DNA from: Myxococcota bacterium
GTDB taxonomy: Bacteria > Myxococcota > JACRCW01
DNA length: 21,848 nt
Direction: 5' to 3'
Assembly (NCBI GenBank): GCA_040752415.1
Contig: JBFMGU010000182.1
Span: 1 to 21,848, forward strand
This document shows, in pieces, positions 1 to 9,700 of this stretch; position 1 is the first letter of the stretch; every line of letters begins with the position of its first letter. A program made the position numbers and the translations under genes. The notes beneath the pieces are model-generated. The model did no database searches. It saw only the letters and a list, made by a program, of their open reading frames with translations, and had not been told where the DNA came from.

Positions 1-63
1 CCCGCCCTGCCCCGCCCCGCCCACCTCCGGGGCGCAAGGACGGCGGCTGAGCATTTCCCGTCC

Positions 64-587
64 GTGCGGCTCTTGAAACGACGCTCTGGCTCCCGCCAAT
101 GAGATTGGCAGGCAAGAGAGAAGATTACGTCCCGCTCACAGCTCGGCGGGCGGGCACACTTCGCGGGACTGACTGTGGCAGGTCTTCCAGGGTCAGTCCT
201 GCGACTCGACGACGCGGGCAGTGGTGAGCAGGACGTAACCTGCTCTCTTGCCTGACAATCTCATTGGGCGCGGCTCCTCTGGGACGACGCCCTGGGCTCC
301 CTGCCAATGAGATTGGCAGGCAACAAAACGACAAGTCCTGCTCACCACGAGGCCGTGGGACCCGTTTCGCAGCACTGATGGCGAGCGGATAGGTGCCCGG
401 TCGTCCCTCGTCGCCCGCACGCCTCTTCCAGGGTAGTCCTGCGAATCGACACCGCCGTGAGAGGTGAGCAGGACTTGTCGTCTTGGTGCCTGCCAATCTC
501 ATTGGCAGGGAGTCCGGCGTCGTCCCAAAAGAGCCGCGCCCTCCCTCATTGGCGGGAGCCAAGAGCCTCGTTCCAGGAGAGCCGCAC
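64..587. mobile_element. Outer copy of a palindromic non-autonomous element (MITE/REPIN-like), right arm interrupted by a second copy
   Basis: The left arm 64-139 (gtgcggctc...gccaatGAGattggcaggcaagagag...acgtcccgctcac) is the imperfect reverse complement of 224-267 joined to 545-587. An inner stem pairs tcgcgggactga (161-172) with tcagtcctgcga (193-204). No coding capacity is evident. Confidence 0.7.
266..544. mobile_element. Inner copy of the same element, ~80-bp terminal inverted repeats, flanked by a CTCATT(GG) duplication
   Basis: 266-346 is the imperfect reverse complement of 463-541. Each arm holds the hairpin cctgccaat-NNN-attggcagg (300-320, 489-509). ctcattgg occurs at both 260-267 and 545-552. 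Confidence 0.75.
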
Positions 588-813
588 CGTTTCCCGACGA
601 CAACACACGTCCAGTGCCCGCCCTGGCGCCGCCCGGTCGTGAGCCCGTGTCCAACCCGCCGCTGCAACCCGGGTTCCGGGCATGCGCCGCTTGCTCGTCG
701 GTGTCTGCGTGCCTGGGCTTGCAGCGCACCCGCGGCGCGACACATCCACGGAAGCAACTCCCTGCACCTCATTGACGGGCGACTCCCGGCCGCCCCGTCG
801 GCGGAGTGTTCCC

Positions 814-1989
814 ATGGACATCGGCAGGATCATCATTTCCGGCATGGGGCTTGGCGCCGCGCTGGCCTACTGGGCTGACACACGCAGCGGCGCGCGACGT
901 CGTGCACGCATCAAGGAGCTGGCCATCCACGGCACGCATGAGGCCGTGGACGCCGTGGAGACCACCGCCCGCGACCTGCGCAACCGCGTGCGCGGACGTG
1001 TCCACCACATCAAGGGCGCCATGGCCTACGAGGACGTCCCCGACGACATCCTGCGCGAGCGCGTGCGCAGCCGCCTGGGCCACGTGTGCTCCCACCCCGG
1101 CTCCGTGGACGTGGAGGTGGACCGCGGACACGTGGTGCTGCGCGGCGTGGTCCTGGAGGACGAGATCAAACGCATCCTGGCCGCCGTGAGGCACGTGCCC
1201 GGCGCGCGCACCATCGACGCCACGCTGGAGCCGCACACGCGCCCCGGCAGTGAGCCCGGACTCCAGGGAGTGCCGCGACGGGGCACGCGCGCTCCGTGGC
1301 TTCAACCCAGCTGGAACCCCACCACCCGCCTGGTGGCGGGCCTCTCCGGCGCGGGGCTGCTGGGCTTCGGCCTGGTCCGAAGGAATCCCATCTCCGCGCT
1401 CGGCGGCACCGCGTTGCTCATCCGCGCGGCCACCAACCTGCAGCTGAAGCGCCTGCTGGGCGTGGGGACCGGTCGTGGCGCCATCACCGTGCAGAAGACC
1501 ATGTTGCTGCACGCGCCCGTCGAGGAGGTCTACGCGCTGTGGAGCAACCTGGAGGCCTTCCCGCGCTTCATGAGCCACGTGCGCGAGGTGCGGCACAGCG
1601 GCGAGGACCTCTATCACTGGAAGGTGGACGGACCGGGCGGCACCAGCGTGGAGTGGGACGCCGTGGTGACGAGAAGGGAGCCCAACCACGTGCTCGCGTG
1701 GAAGAGCGTCCCCGGCGCGGCCATCCCCAACGCCGGCATCATCCACTTCACTCCCGCCAACGGAGGCACCCAGCTGGACATCCGCTTCAGCTACTCACCG
1801 CCCGTCGGCGCGCTGGGTCACGTGGTGGCCGCCGTGCTTGGCGTGGACCCCAAGAAGCGCATGGATGATGACCTGCTCCGCTTCAAGTCACTGGTGGAAG
1901 CCGGCAAGGCCAGCGGCCATGAACGGCTGGTGCGCAAGGAGGACGTGGCTCCGCGCGTGCCGGGAAAGACGCCGCCGGAGGTGCACTGA
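814..1989 (+). CDS. BON domain + SRPBCC (polyketide cyclase/dehydrase-like) protein
   Basis: BON-like segment DDILRERVRSRLG...VDVEVDRGHVVLRGVV; hydrophobic middle; SRPBCC motif APVEEVYALWSNLEAFPRFMSHVREV...WDAVVTRREPNHVLAWKS...DDDLLRFKSLVE. ATG 814 follows GGAG at 803-806; the ORF track start is 682. Confidence 0.85.
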   Translation: MDIGRIIISGMGLGAALAYWADTRSGARRRARIKELAIHGTHEAVDAVETTARDLRNRVRGRVHHIKGAMAYEDVPDDILRERVRSRLGHVCSHPGSVDVEVDRGHVVLRGVVLEDEIKRILAAVRHVPGARTIDATLEPHTRPGSEPGLQGVPRRGTRAPWLQPSWNPTTRLVAGLSGAGLLGFGLVRRNPISALGGTALLIRAATNLQLKRLLGVGTGRGAITVQKTMLLHAPVEEVYALWSNLEAFPRFMSHVREVRHSGEDLYHWKVDGPGGTSVEWDAVVTRREPNHVLAWKSVPGAAIPNAGIIHFTPANGGTQLDIRFSYSPPVGALGHVVAAVLGVDPKKRMDDDLLRFKSLVEAGKASGHERLVRKEDVAPRVPGKTPPEVH

Positions 1990-2020
1990 AGGTCTGGCGG
2001 CTCCCCCAGAAGGAAGTCCC

Positions 2021-2129
2021 CCCTGCCCGTGCCCGTGCCCGGCTTGAGGGCCCAACGGTCCGACGAGGTTTTCCGCAGAGAACCTCTGCGCTGAGCGGAC
2101 CTGCAGGCCGCGCAGGGGCACGGGCAGGG
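2021..2129. repeat. Long intergenic hairpin between convergent genes (possible terminator or repeat element)
   Basis: Perfect 14-bp inverted repeat ccctgcccgtgccc (2021-2034) / gggcacgggcaggg (2116-2129), with further imperfect pairing and an inner gaggtttt...agaacctc stem. Confidence 0.55.
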
Positions 2130-2180
2130 TTCTTGGGAAACTCTGAAGCCCACCGGGCGTCGTCGGGAATGCGGCCTGGC

Positions 2181-2807
2181 TCAGTTGGCAACCCAGGACA
2201 GGTCACCCGCGCCCTCGCGCAGCACCACCGGGTACGGCCCGGTCAGGTCCACCACGCTGGAGGGCGGCTCGTTCATCACGCCCGCGTCCAGGATCATGTC
2301 CAGGCCGTGGCCCAGGTGCAGGCTGATGTCGTCGGCGTCGATCAGGGTCTTGCCCTGGTAGGTGGTGCTGGTGCTGACAATGGGCCGACGGAACGCGCGC
2401 GCCAGCGCCAACGTCACGGGGTGGTTGGGCACTCGGATGCCCACGGTCTTGCGCTTGCTCTGCAGGATCTTGGGCACCTCCGGGCTGGCCTTCAGCACGA
2501 AGGTGTACGGCCCCGGCAGCACCCGCTTCATGGTGCGGTAGACGTTGTTCTCCACGATGGCGAAGCGCGCGATGTCCGAGAGGTCCGCGCACACGAAGCT
2601 CATCAGGTGATCCTCAGGCAGACCCTTGAGCTGGATGATGCGGTCAATGCCCTTCTTCTCGTAGATGTTGCAGCCAATGCCGTAGGTGGTGTCCGTCGGG
2701 TAGGCAATGACGCCGCCCGCCTCCAGCACGCCAACGGCACGCTGGATCTTCCGGGGCTCGGGGTGGGTGGCATTGATCTGGAGGCGCAGACACGTGGAGT
2801 GGGCCAT
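2181..2807 (-). CDS. yciO: YrdC/Sua5-family protein, YciO-like (threonylcarbamoyl-AMP synthase paralogue)
   Basis: Motifs GGVIAYPTDTTYGIGC, LPGPYTFVL..S.EVP, KRKTVGIRVP, PIVSTS (YciO type rather than the TSAN of TsaC) and PSSVVDLT. Start placed at ATG 2807. Confidence 0.85.
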   Translation of the reverse strand: MAHSTCLRLQINATHPEPRKIQRAVGVLEAGGVIAYPTDTTYGIGCNIYEKKGIDRIIQLKGLPEDHLMSFVCADLSDIARFAIVENNVYRTMKRVLPGPYTFVLKASPEVPKILQSKRKTVGIRVPNHPVTLALARAFRRPIVSTSTTYQGKTLIDADDISLHLGHGLDMILDAGVMNEPPSSVVDLTGPYPVVLREGAGDLSWVAN

Positions 2808-2986
2808 GGAACTCGTCGCTTCTGGGAACACCTGATAAAGGGCGCGCAGGCTACCCGACCGGTTGCCCTGATGAAAAGCCGCTTGTGCAGCCCGGTTGAC
2901 AGGGACCATGGCCCATGCCACGTCGCGCCACAGGAAGGCACCCCGTCACGTCATGGCGGGAGCTGAGGCTGCGGCAGGCAATCCAC

Positions 2987-3811
2987 ATGGGCCGGGACAA
3001 AGATCCGCTCCAGAAGAGCGACGAGCACAACGCGCGCGGCATTGAGCTGGCCGACCGGGGCTGGCTGGAAGAGGCCGTGAACGAGTTCAAGAAGGCCATT
3101 GCCCTGGACCCCGACAGCGCCCACGCCCACGACAACCTGGCCACCGTCTTTGCCGAGAAGGGGCAGTACCTGGAGGCCATGGAGGAGTACCTCACGGCGC
3201 TGAGGCTGGAGCCCCAGTCGCCCACGGCGCACTACAATCTGGCGTGCTTCCTGGCGGCGCACAGCCACGAGTGGGCCATCCGCGAGTACAAGACCGCCAT
3301 CGAGCTGGAATACGACTACCCCGACGCGCACCTGAACCTGGGCCTGACCTACGCGGAGCGCGGCATGTTCGCGGAGGCCATGGCCGAGTACGAGGTGGCC
3401 CTCAAGCTCAACCCCGGCGACCCGGTGGCCCACCACGAGCTGGCCACCGTGCTGATGGACCTGGGCCGCCACTCCGACGCCATCACGCACCTGCGCAACG
3501 TGCTGCGCGCGGAGGCGGACAACGTGGACGCGCTGGTGGACCTGGGGATTTGCTACACCGCCAAGGGCTTCTACCAGGAGGCGGAGAAGAGCCTGACGCG
3601 CGCCGAGACGCTGGCGCCGGAGGACGCGCTCTGCCAGTACCACCTGGCCGCGCTCAACGCGGTGCGCGGGAACCGGGACCGCGCGCTCACGCACCTGGCC
3701 AACGCCGCCGTCCGGGAACGTGACCGCGTGCGCCTGTGGGCCGACGCGGACCGCCTCTTTGACGCGATGCGCGCCGACCCGCGCTTCCAGGACATCCTCC
3801 GCCCGTCATGA
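2987..3811 (+). CDS. Tetratricopeptide repeat protein
   Basis: About six 34-aa TPR units (AHDNLA..., AHYNLA..., AHLNLG..., AHHELA..., ALVDLG...) and a capping motif FDAMRADPRFQDIL. ATG 2987. Confidence 0.9.
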   Translation: MGRDKDPLQKSDEHNARGIELADRGWLEEAVNEFKKAIALDPDSAHAHDNLATVFAEKGQYLEAMEEYLTALRLEPQSPTAHYNLACFLAAHSHEWAIREYKTAIELEYDYPDAHLNLGLTYAERGMFAEAMAEYEVALKLNPGDPVAHHELATVLMDLGRHSDAITHLRNVLRAEADNVDALVDLGICYTAKGFYQEAEKSLTRAETLAPEDALCQYHLAALNAVRGNRDRALTHLANAAVRERDRVRLWADADRLFDAMRADPRFQDILRPS

Positions 3812-3905
3812 GCCGCCTCCCGGTGTCGGGCGGAATCGTCCCCCTTCCACCCGGCGTTGCACCGCTGGTGAAGACCCGTTCCCGGTGGTGCGCGTGAGCT
3901 CCATC

Positions 3906-6359
3906 ATGCCTCGCAAGCTCGTCGTGACGTTGTGCTCGCTGCTGGTGGTGGCCGCCATGGGCGTGGGCGCGCTGCTCATCTCCCTGCTCAGCGACCTGCC
4001 CCAGCTCTCCGGCATGCATGACTACCGCCCCCCCGTCATCAGCAAGGTCTACGACCGCAACGGCGAGCTGATTGCGCGGTTCTTCAAGCAGCGCAGGACG
4101 GTGGTGCCGCGGGAGCAGATGCCGGACCGCCTGGTGAAGGCCTTCCTGGCCGCCGAGGACGCGGACTTCTACGAGCACAGCGGCGTGGATCTCTCCGGCC
4201 TGCTGGCCGCCGTGCTCACCGAGATCAAGCACCAGCTGCTGGGCTCGGCACGTCGGGGGGGCAGCACCATCACCCAGCAGACCGCCAAGACCTTCCTGCT
4301 CACGCCGGAGCAGACCTACGACCGCAAGATCAAGGAGATGGTCCTGGCCTGGAAGATCGAGCAGGCCTTCACCAAGGACGAGATCCTCTTCCTGTACCTG
4401 AACCAGATCTACTTCGGGAATGGCGCGTATGGCGTGGAGGAGGCGGCGCAGACCTACTTTGGCAAGCACGTGGGTGAGCTGACCTTGGCGGAGTGCGCGG
4501 TGCTGGCCTCCATTCCCAAGAGCCCCAACCGCATCAATCCCATCTACAACCCCAACCGCACGCTCGAGCGTCGCGCGTACGTGCTGCAGCAGATGGAGAA
4601 GCGCGGCTTTGCCCCTCCCGACGAGGTGGCCGAGGCCATGAAGGCTCCGCTGCTGCGGGAGCGCCCACCCGCCGAGTACCTGAACCGCACGCCGTACTAC
4701 GCGGAGGACATCCGGCAGCACCTCATCGGAAAATACGGCGAGGAGATGGTGTACCAGCAGGGCCTGGTGGCCTACGCCGCCGTGGACGCGCGCATGGACG
4801 TGGCCGCGCACCGCGCGCTGCGCCAGGGCCTGGCGGAAGCCGACAAGCGCATGGGCTACCGCGGGCCGCTGATGCGGCTGGACGCGGATGTGCGTCGCAA
4901 CTTCCTGACGGCGGTGCAGCAGGAGATGGAGGACCGTCTGCCCAGGGACCCCGTCGAGCGGGCGCAGCTGGTGTGGGACCTCAGCCGCGTGGATCCCAAG
5001 GTGGCCGAGCGCAGCCCCCAGGAGGCCGCCGAGCAGGTGCGGCTGGCGCACAAGGACCCCGGCTCGCTCGTCGGTGTGGTGGTGGTGAAGGTCGACAGCG
5101 CCGCCGACACCGTCACGGTGGACCTGGGCACCACGCGCGGCACCATGGAATTCTCGACGATGAAATGGGCGCGCGCCAACCGCTACGGCGACCTGGGCCC
5201 CACCCCGCGCGACCCCGCCGACGTGCTGCAGGAAGGCGACGTGGTGCTGGTGCGCCTCCTCGAGGACAAGGCGAGCAAGGGCGCGGCCACGGGGCTGCTG
5301 GTGGCGTTGGAGCAGTACCCGCGTGTGCAGGGCGCGGTGGTGGCGGTGGAGCCGGAGACGCGACGCGTGCGCGCCATGGTGGGCGGCTGGGACTTTGCGC
5401 GCAGCAGCTTTGACCGCGCGACCATGGCTCGTCGGCAGCCGGGCAGCGCGTTCAAGCCGTTCATCTACGCGGCGGCCATCCAGAGCCGGGTGGTGACGCC
5501 CGCGTCCATCCTCGTCGACGCACCCAAGGTGTTTGCCGACAAGGGCGCGGGCCGCGACTGGAAGCCGGAGAACAGCGACGGACGCTTCCGCGGTGACATC
5601 CGCCTGCGTGAGTGCCTCACCCACTCCGTGAACATCTGTAGCATCACGCTGGTGGAGAGCCTGACGCCGGAGAAGGTGGTGGAGCTGGCCACGCGCGTGG
5701 GCCTGGGCGAGAAGTGGCCCATGAACCTCACGCTGGCGCTGGGCACCGGTGAGGTCACGCCGCTCAAGCTGGCCAACGCCTACGCCACCTTCGCCGACGA
5801 GGGACGGTATGGGGAGCCGGTCATCGTCGAGAAGGTGAAGACGGTGGATGGCACGGTGCTGGAGGAAGCGGACGTGCGGAAGGTGGACGTGTTGGACCCG
5901 GCCACCGCGTACGTGACGCTCTCGATGATGCAGAGCGTGGTGGAGTCCGGGACGGCGTGGCGCATCAAGGAGCTGGGTCGGCCGGTGGCGGGGAAGACGG
6001 GCACCACCAATGACGCGCGCGACGCGTGGTTCGTGGGCTGCGTGCCGGGGCTGTGCACCGCCGTCTACGTGGGTATGGACAACCACGAGCCGATGGGGCC
6101 GCAGGAGGCCGGCGGTCGTGCGGCCGCGCCGGTGTTCCTGGAGTTCTACAGGACCATCCTGCAGGGCGCGCCCATCCGGGAATTCCCCGTCCCCGAAGGC
6201 GTGGAGCACCACGAGGTGGACCCGCGCACCGGCCTCTTGGCCGCGGAAGGCCAGACCGACGCGCTCCGCGAGGTGTTCATCTCCGGCACCGCGCCCACCG
6301 AGCGCGCCGTCCCCGCGGAAGACCGCCCCCCCGACGACTGGCGCGAAGGCGACCTCTAG
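3906..6359 (+). CDS. mrcA: Class A penicillin-binding protein 1A (transglycosylase + transpeptidase)
   Basis: N-terminal TM helix; GT51 motifs AAEDADFYEHSGVD, GGSTITQQ, RKIKE, YLNQIYFG; OB-like insert; transpeptidase motifs SAFK (SxxK), SVN and KTGT. Start placed at ATG 3906. Confidence 0.95.
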   Translation: MPRKLVVTLCSLLVVAAMGVGALLISLLSDLPQLSGMHDYRPPVISKVYDRNGELIARFFKQRRTVVPREQMPDRLVKAFLAAEDADFYEHSGVDLSGLLAAVLTEIKHQLLGSARRGGSTITQQTAKTFLLTPEQTYDRKIKEMVLAWKIEQAFTKDEILFLYLNQIYFGNGAYGVEEAAQTYFGKHVGELTLAECAVLASIPKSPNRINPIYNPNRTLERRAYVLQQMEKRGFAPPDEVAEAMKAPLLRERPPAEYLNRTPYYAEDIRQHLIGKYGEEMVYQQGLVAYAAVDARMDVAAHRALRQGLAEADKRMGYRGPLMRLDADVRRNFLTAVQQEMEDRLPRDPVERAQLVWDLSRVDPKVAERSPQEAAEQVRLAHKDPGSLVGVVVVKVDSAADTVTVDLGTTRGTMEFSTMKWARANRYGDLGPTPRDPADVLQEGDVVLVRLLEDKASKGAATGLLVALEQYPRVQGAVVAVEPETRRVRAMVGGWDFARSSFDRATMARRQPGSAFKPFIYAAAIQSRVVTPASILVDAPKVFADKGAGRDWKPENSDGRFRGDIRLRECLTHSVNICSITLVESLTPEKVVELATRVGLGEKWPMNLTLALGTGEVTPLKLANAYATFADEGRYGEPVIVEKVKTVDGTVLEEADVRKVDVLDPATAYVTLSMMQSVVESGTAWRIKELGRPVAGKTGTTNDARDAWFVGCVPGLCTAVYVGMDNHEPMGPQEAGGRAAAPVFLEFYRTILQGAPIREFPVPEGVEHHEVDPRTGLLAAEGQTDALREVFISGTAPTERAVPAEDRPPDDWREGDL

Positions 6360-6499
6360 CGACACGGAGCGAGGTCAACGCGGCATTCCGCGGTGCAGCC
6401 CGGGACAACCCATGGGTTCGGTCATCCAACAAGCCCGGCAGCTCATGTTGTCGCCGCCCCCGCCGTCACATTGAGCGTCCAGAGCGTTCTGCCCCCCCA

Positions 6500-6630
6500 C
6501 AGAAGCCGTCCCGGGTGACGGAGGCGCACGGAGCACCCACCACGCGGCGCGCACTGCGGTTCCTGAGCATCCGCCCTGGGCCCGCGACCGGAGACGCATG
6601 GGCTGTGGAGGGCGTGCAGAAGGCGCGCAA
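6500..6630 (+). repeat. Left copy of an imperfect direct repeat; decayed 5' fragment of the gene at 14370
   Basis: 6516-6630 aligns by eye with 14380-14494 at roughly 85-90% identity. cagaagc precedes both copies, with 9 extra nt in this one. It encodes TEAHGAPTTRRALRFLSIR versus TEAHGASTTLRALRFLSIR. Confidence 0.9.
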
Positions 6631-6769
6631 CCGGCCGCGACACGGTTGGCAACCTGGTTGAGGCATGCTGAGGAATGACGTCGTGGAATTCCGTACGCCA
6701 CCGATCGGTTGACCGGTGATCCCACGTCCCGATACCGTTCGCGGCCCTCCAACAAGAGAGCTCATCCTG

Positions 6770-9700
6770 ATGCGTGCGCTACGTCTGCCGATTGCATACA
6801 CATTGCTCCTGGGAGCCTGCACCGGTCCGGGCGGGACCGGGTCGGGGGCGTCAGGCGGCACGGACCAGCCGGGTTCCACATCCAGCGCGTCGTTCTCGAG
6901 CGCAAGCTCCGCGAGCAGCTCTTCAGGCGCAACCGGCACGGGCTCCTCAGCCGGGTCCTCAAGCTCTACGGGTGGCAGTACATCTGCCAGCAGCTCGGCC
7001 TCGTCGAGCGGCTCCGCGTCCTCAAGCGGGTCGATCACGTCCGGCAGCCCGGCCTCGTCGAGCGGCTCCGCGTCCTCAAGCGGGTCGATCACGTCCGGCA
7101 GCTCGTCGTCCAGCGGCGTCACCTCCTCCAGCCAGGCGACATCTTCCGGCGCGCCCGCAACGTCCTCGTCCAGCGGGGAGGGCAGCAGCACCAGCGTGGA
7201 GGCCTCCAGCACATCCAGCTCCTCGGGGGCGGTTTCGGCCTCCAGCTCGTCGGGCGGCGCGGATGGTGGCTACCCGGACGCCGGGCAGGGCGACGCCGGG
7301 CAGGATGACGGCGGCGCGCCGGCGCTTTCCCGCTGCATACCGGACCCGGTCCTGGTGGCGTCGGGGGCAGGCTGCGTATCCGACGGGGATTGCCCCTGCG
7401 GCACCCACTGCGTGCTCGGGGAGTGCTTGGCGGACTGCACGGAGCAGGCGCCCTGCGGAGCTGGCAACGTCTGCGACCAGTTCGGCCGTTGCCGCGCCGC
7501 CACCGACAGCGAGATCGTGGTGACCGCGCAGCCGGAGTTCGAGGCGCCGTGGCGGGTCTGGCCCCTGTTGGTGAAGGTCCCCGACGTGGCTCAGGCCCAG
7601 GAGCTGCGCGTCCTCACCGAGGGCACGGCGCTGGGGGCGGTGCGCGTGCTGGGTGATGACGTGGTGGAGGTGCAATGCGCTCCGGCCGAGCCGTTTGGCC
7701 GGGAGTGTCGGGCGGAGGGCGTGTCGGCGCGTTCCGAGCTGACCGTGGGCGTTCGCCTCACCCGTCCCCTCGCCGGCGACGAGCTGGGCACCGTGAAGGT
7801 CTACTCCGGCAGTCGCGTTGAGGTGGTGTCGGTGGAGGGCGCCGCCTATGTGCCGCCCCCGCCCCCGCCACCGCAGAGCCCGCCGCCCGGTGCGGACATT
7901 TCCGGCGTCTACGAGGGCAACGCCCAGCTCCAGTACATCCGCGGTTACAACTGGGATCTGGGCCGGCTGGAGGGCCCCACCGTCACACGCTCGGCGCTGG
8001 CGAATCTCAAGGCGGAAGTCCACGGTACGTCGGAGTCCGCGGTGATCGTGCTGCGCGATGAGTCGCGAGTGATGCTGCCAACCGGAGCATGGGTGGGGAG
8101 CCTCCAGCGGCACCCCCTGCTCGGCTACACCTTCCTGCAACTGCCCCGGATCCGCGTGGTGGAGGACGAGGTCCTGCCGGGGATGGACGTGGAGGCGCTG
8201 CTCGAAGGGTGGGCGCCGTTGGTGGGGGTGCAGGTGGCGACGGACGTGACGCTGACCGCCACCGTGGTCCTCATTCCGTCCGGCGTGCTGGACAACCCCG
8301 TCCGCCCCTCGGAGGTCTGGGCGCTGGCGCTGGTGCGGAGCGGGGCGCTGCCCGGCGGCGCCACCGCGCCCCCGGTTCCCGCCGAAGAGGCTCCGCTCCA
8401 CGACGTGACCCGCGCCCGCCAGGTTGGCCCCTGGATGGAGACGCACCGCGCGGCGGTCACTCCGCCGGACTGGGATGCCGCGGCGGCGCACGCGGCGGAG
8501 CTGGCCGACTCGCTGATTTCCGGAGAACCGCGCGCGGACGCCTGCGGCCTCGACGAGGCCTCACTGCTCGCGGTCAGCCGCGCCGCCACCTCGAGGCTGC
8601 TGCTGCGCCCGGCGCAAGGGTTCACGCACAGCCAGACCGCGCTGGGGCAGACCACGTTGACCTTGAACGCCCCGGGCTACCTCAACCCCAGCGCCACCGA
8701 CGGGGGACCGCTGGTGGCCACGGTGCTGGGCGCGCTGGACCGGCTGAACTTCAGCACGCTGTCGGTGCGGATGGCCCCCGGGACGCCGCTGGCGGTGGAC
8801 GGGGTGGCGGTAGCGTGTGCAGGCAGGCTTCCGGCAGGCACGCTCACCCTGGTGGGCTCCGGGTTCGGAGGCCCGCAGTACGACTCCCGGTCCTACCCGG
8901 AGGCGCTCTGGGATGAGTGCGCGGCTCTGTCGGCCGCCACCGGTTGCACGGCACAGGCCCTGGCCTCCCCGCGCGCTGAGCCGGTGGCTCTGAGCTTCAC
9001 GGCCAGCAACGACGATCGTCCCGGCCCGCTCGCCTGGCAGCCAACGGGCCCAGCAGGCATCCAGGTCACCTCGATCTGCGTCCTGCCTCGGGTGATCCCG
9101 GCCTGCCAGGAGTCCCTCTCGTGCGCGGCCCCCGTCGCCGGGGATGACGCTTCGCTCGCCGGCTCGCGCTTCGGAACGGTGGCGGGGAGCAACTCGGGGG
9201 ACCTGGCGTGCGCGTGGGGTGCTCGGGCCGCGGGCCTGGACCTGTCCACGCAGCGCGACCTCCCCGACGGCGACGCACGGAAGAGGCCGGCCGCCGCCCT
9301 GCTCCAGGAGTGCGTGGACGAGCTGGACGCGCTGCGCAACACCGTGCCTCCGGTTGCTCCCGCGGGCAACGACAACGCCGCACGCCTGGCCGCCATCTGG
9401 TCGGGCGGCACGTGCCTGGACCCTGCGCGTCTCATGACGCTCCTGGATCTGCTGGTCGACGACCAGAATGGAGCTCCGGGAGCCCCGTTCCACCCGCGTC
9501 AGGCGTACCTCCAGGCGCTGCTCAGCCAGTGGCTGGAAGTGCATGCACTGCTGGCCAGGGAGGCCACCGAGCGGGAGGTCCTGGCGGAGATCATCCGGCG
9601 CGCCCCGGGCTCCGACGCCGCGCCCGCCACGCCGGCGGACCTGTTTGACCGGAGCCTGCGCGGCTGGCTGCTGCTGCTGCATCCGCGCATGGCCACCGCG

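Noticed and set aside
64..587. CRISPR array or integron attC sites
   Set aside because: The repeats are inverted and nested, not direct repeats with unique spacers. There are no RYYYAAC/GTTRRRY ends and no cas or intI gene in the window.
125..878. ORFs across the palindromic region (125-772, 193-420, 457-642, 464-775, 483-878)
   Set aside because: Their repeated peptides (CLPISLAGSP, CQSHWQG) only mirror the DNA repeats; they show no protein-like features.
3808..3897. 29-codon ORF starting in an ATGA overlap with the TPR stop codon
   Set aside because: Short, no recognisable features, likely chance.
3687..6365. 892-aa minus-strand ORF
   Set aside because: Antisense shadow of mrcA, common in high-GC genes.
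6466..7212. Acidic 248-aa minus-strand ORF with repeats
   Set aside because: Antisense reading of the Ser-rich linker codons.
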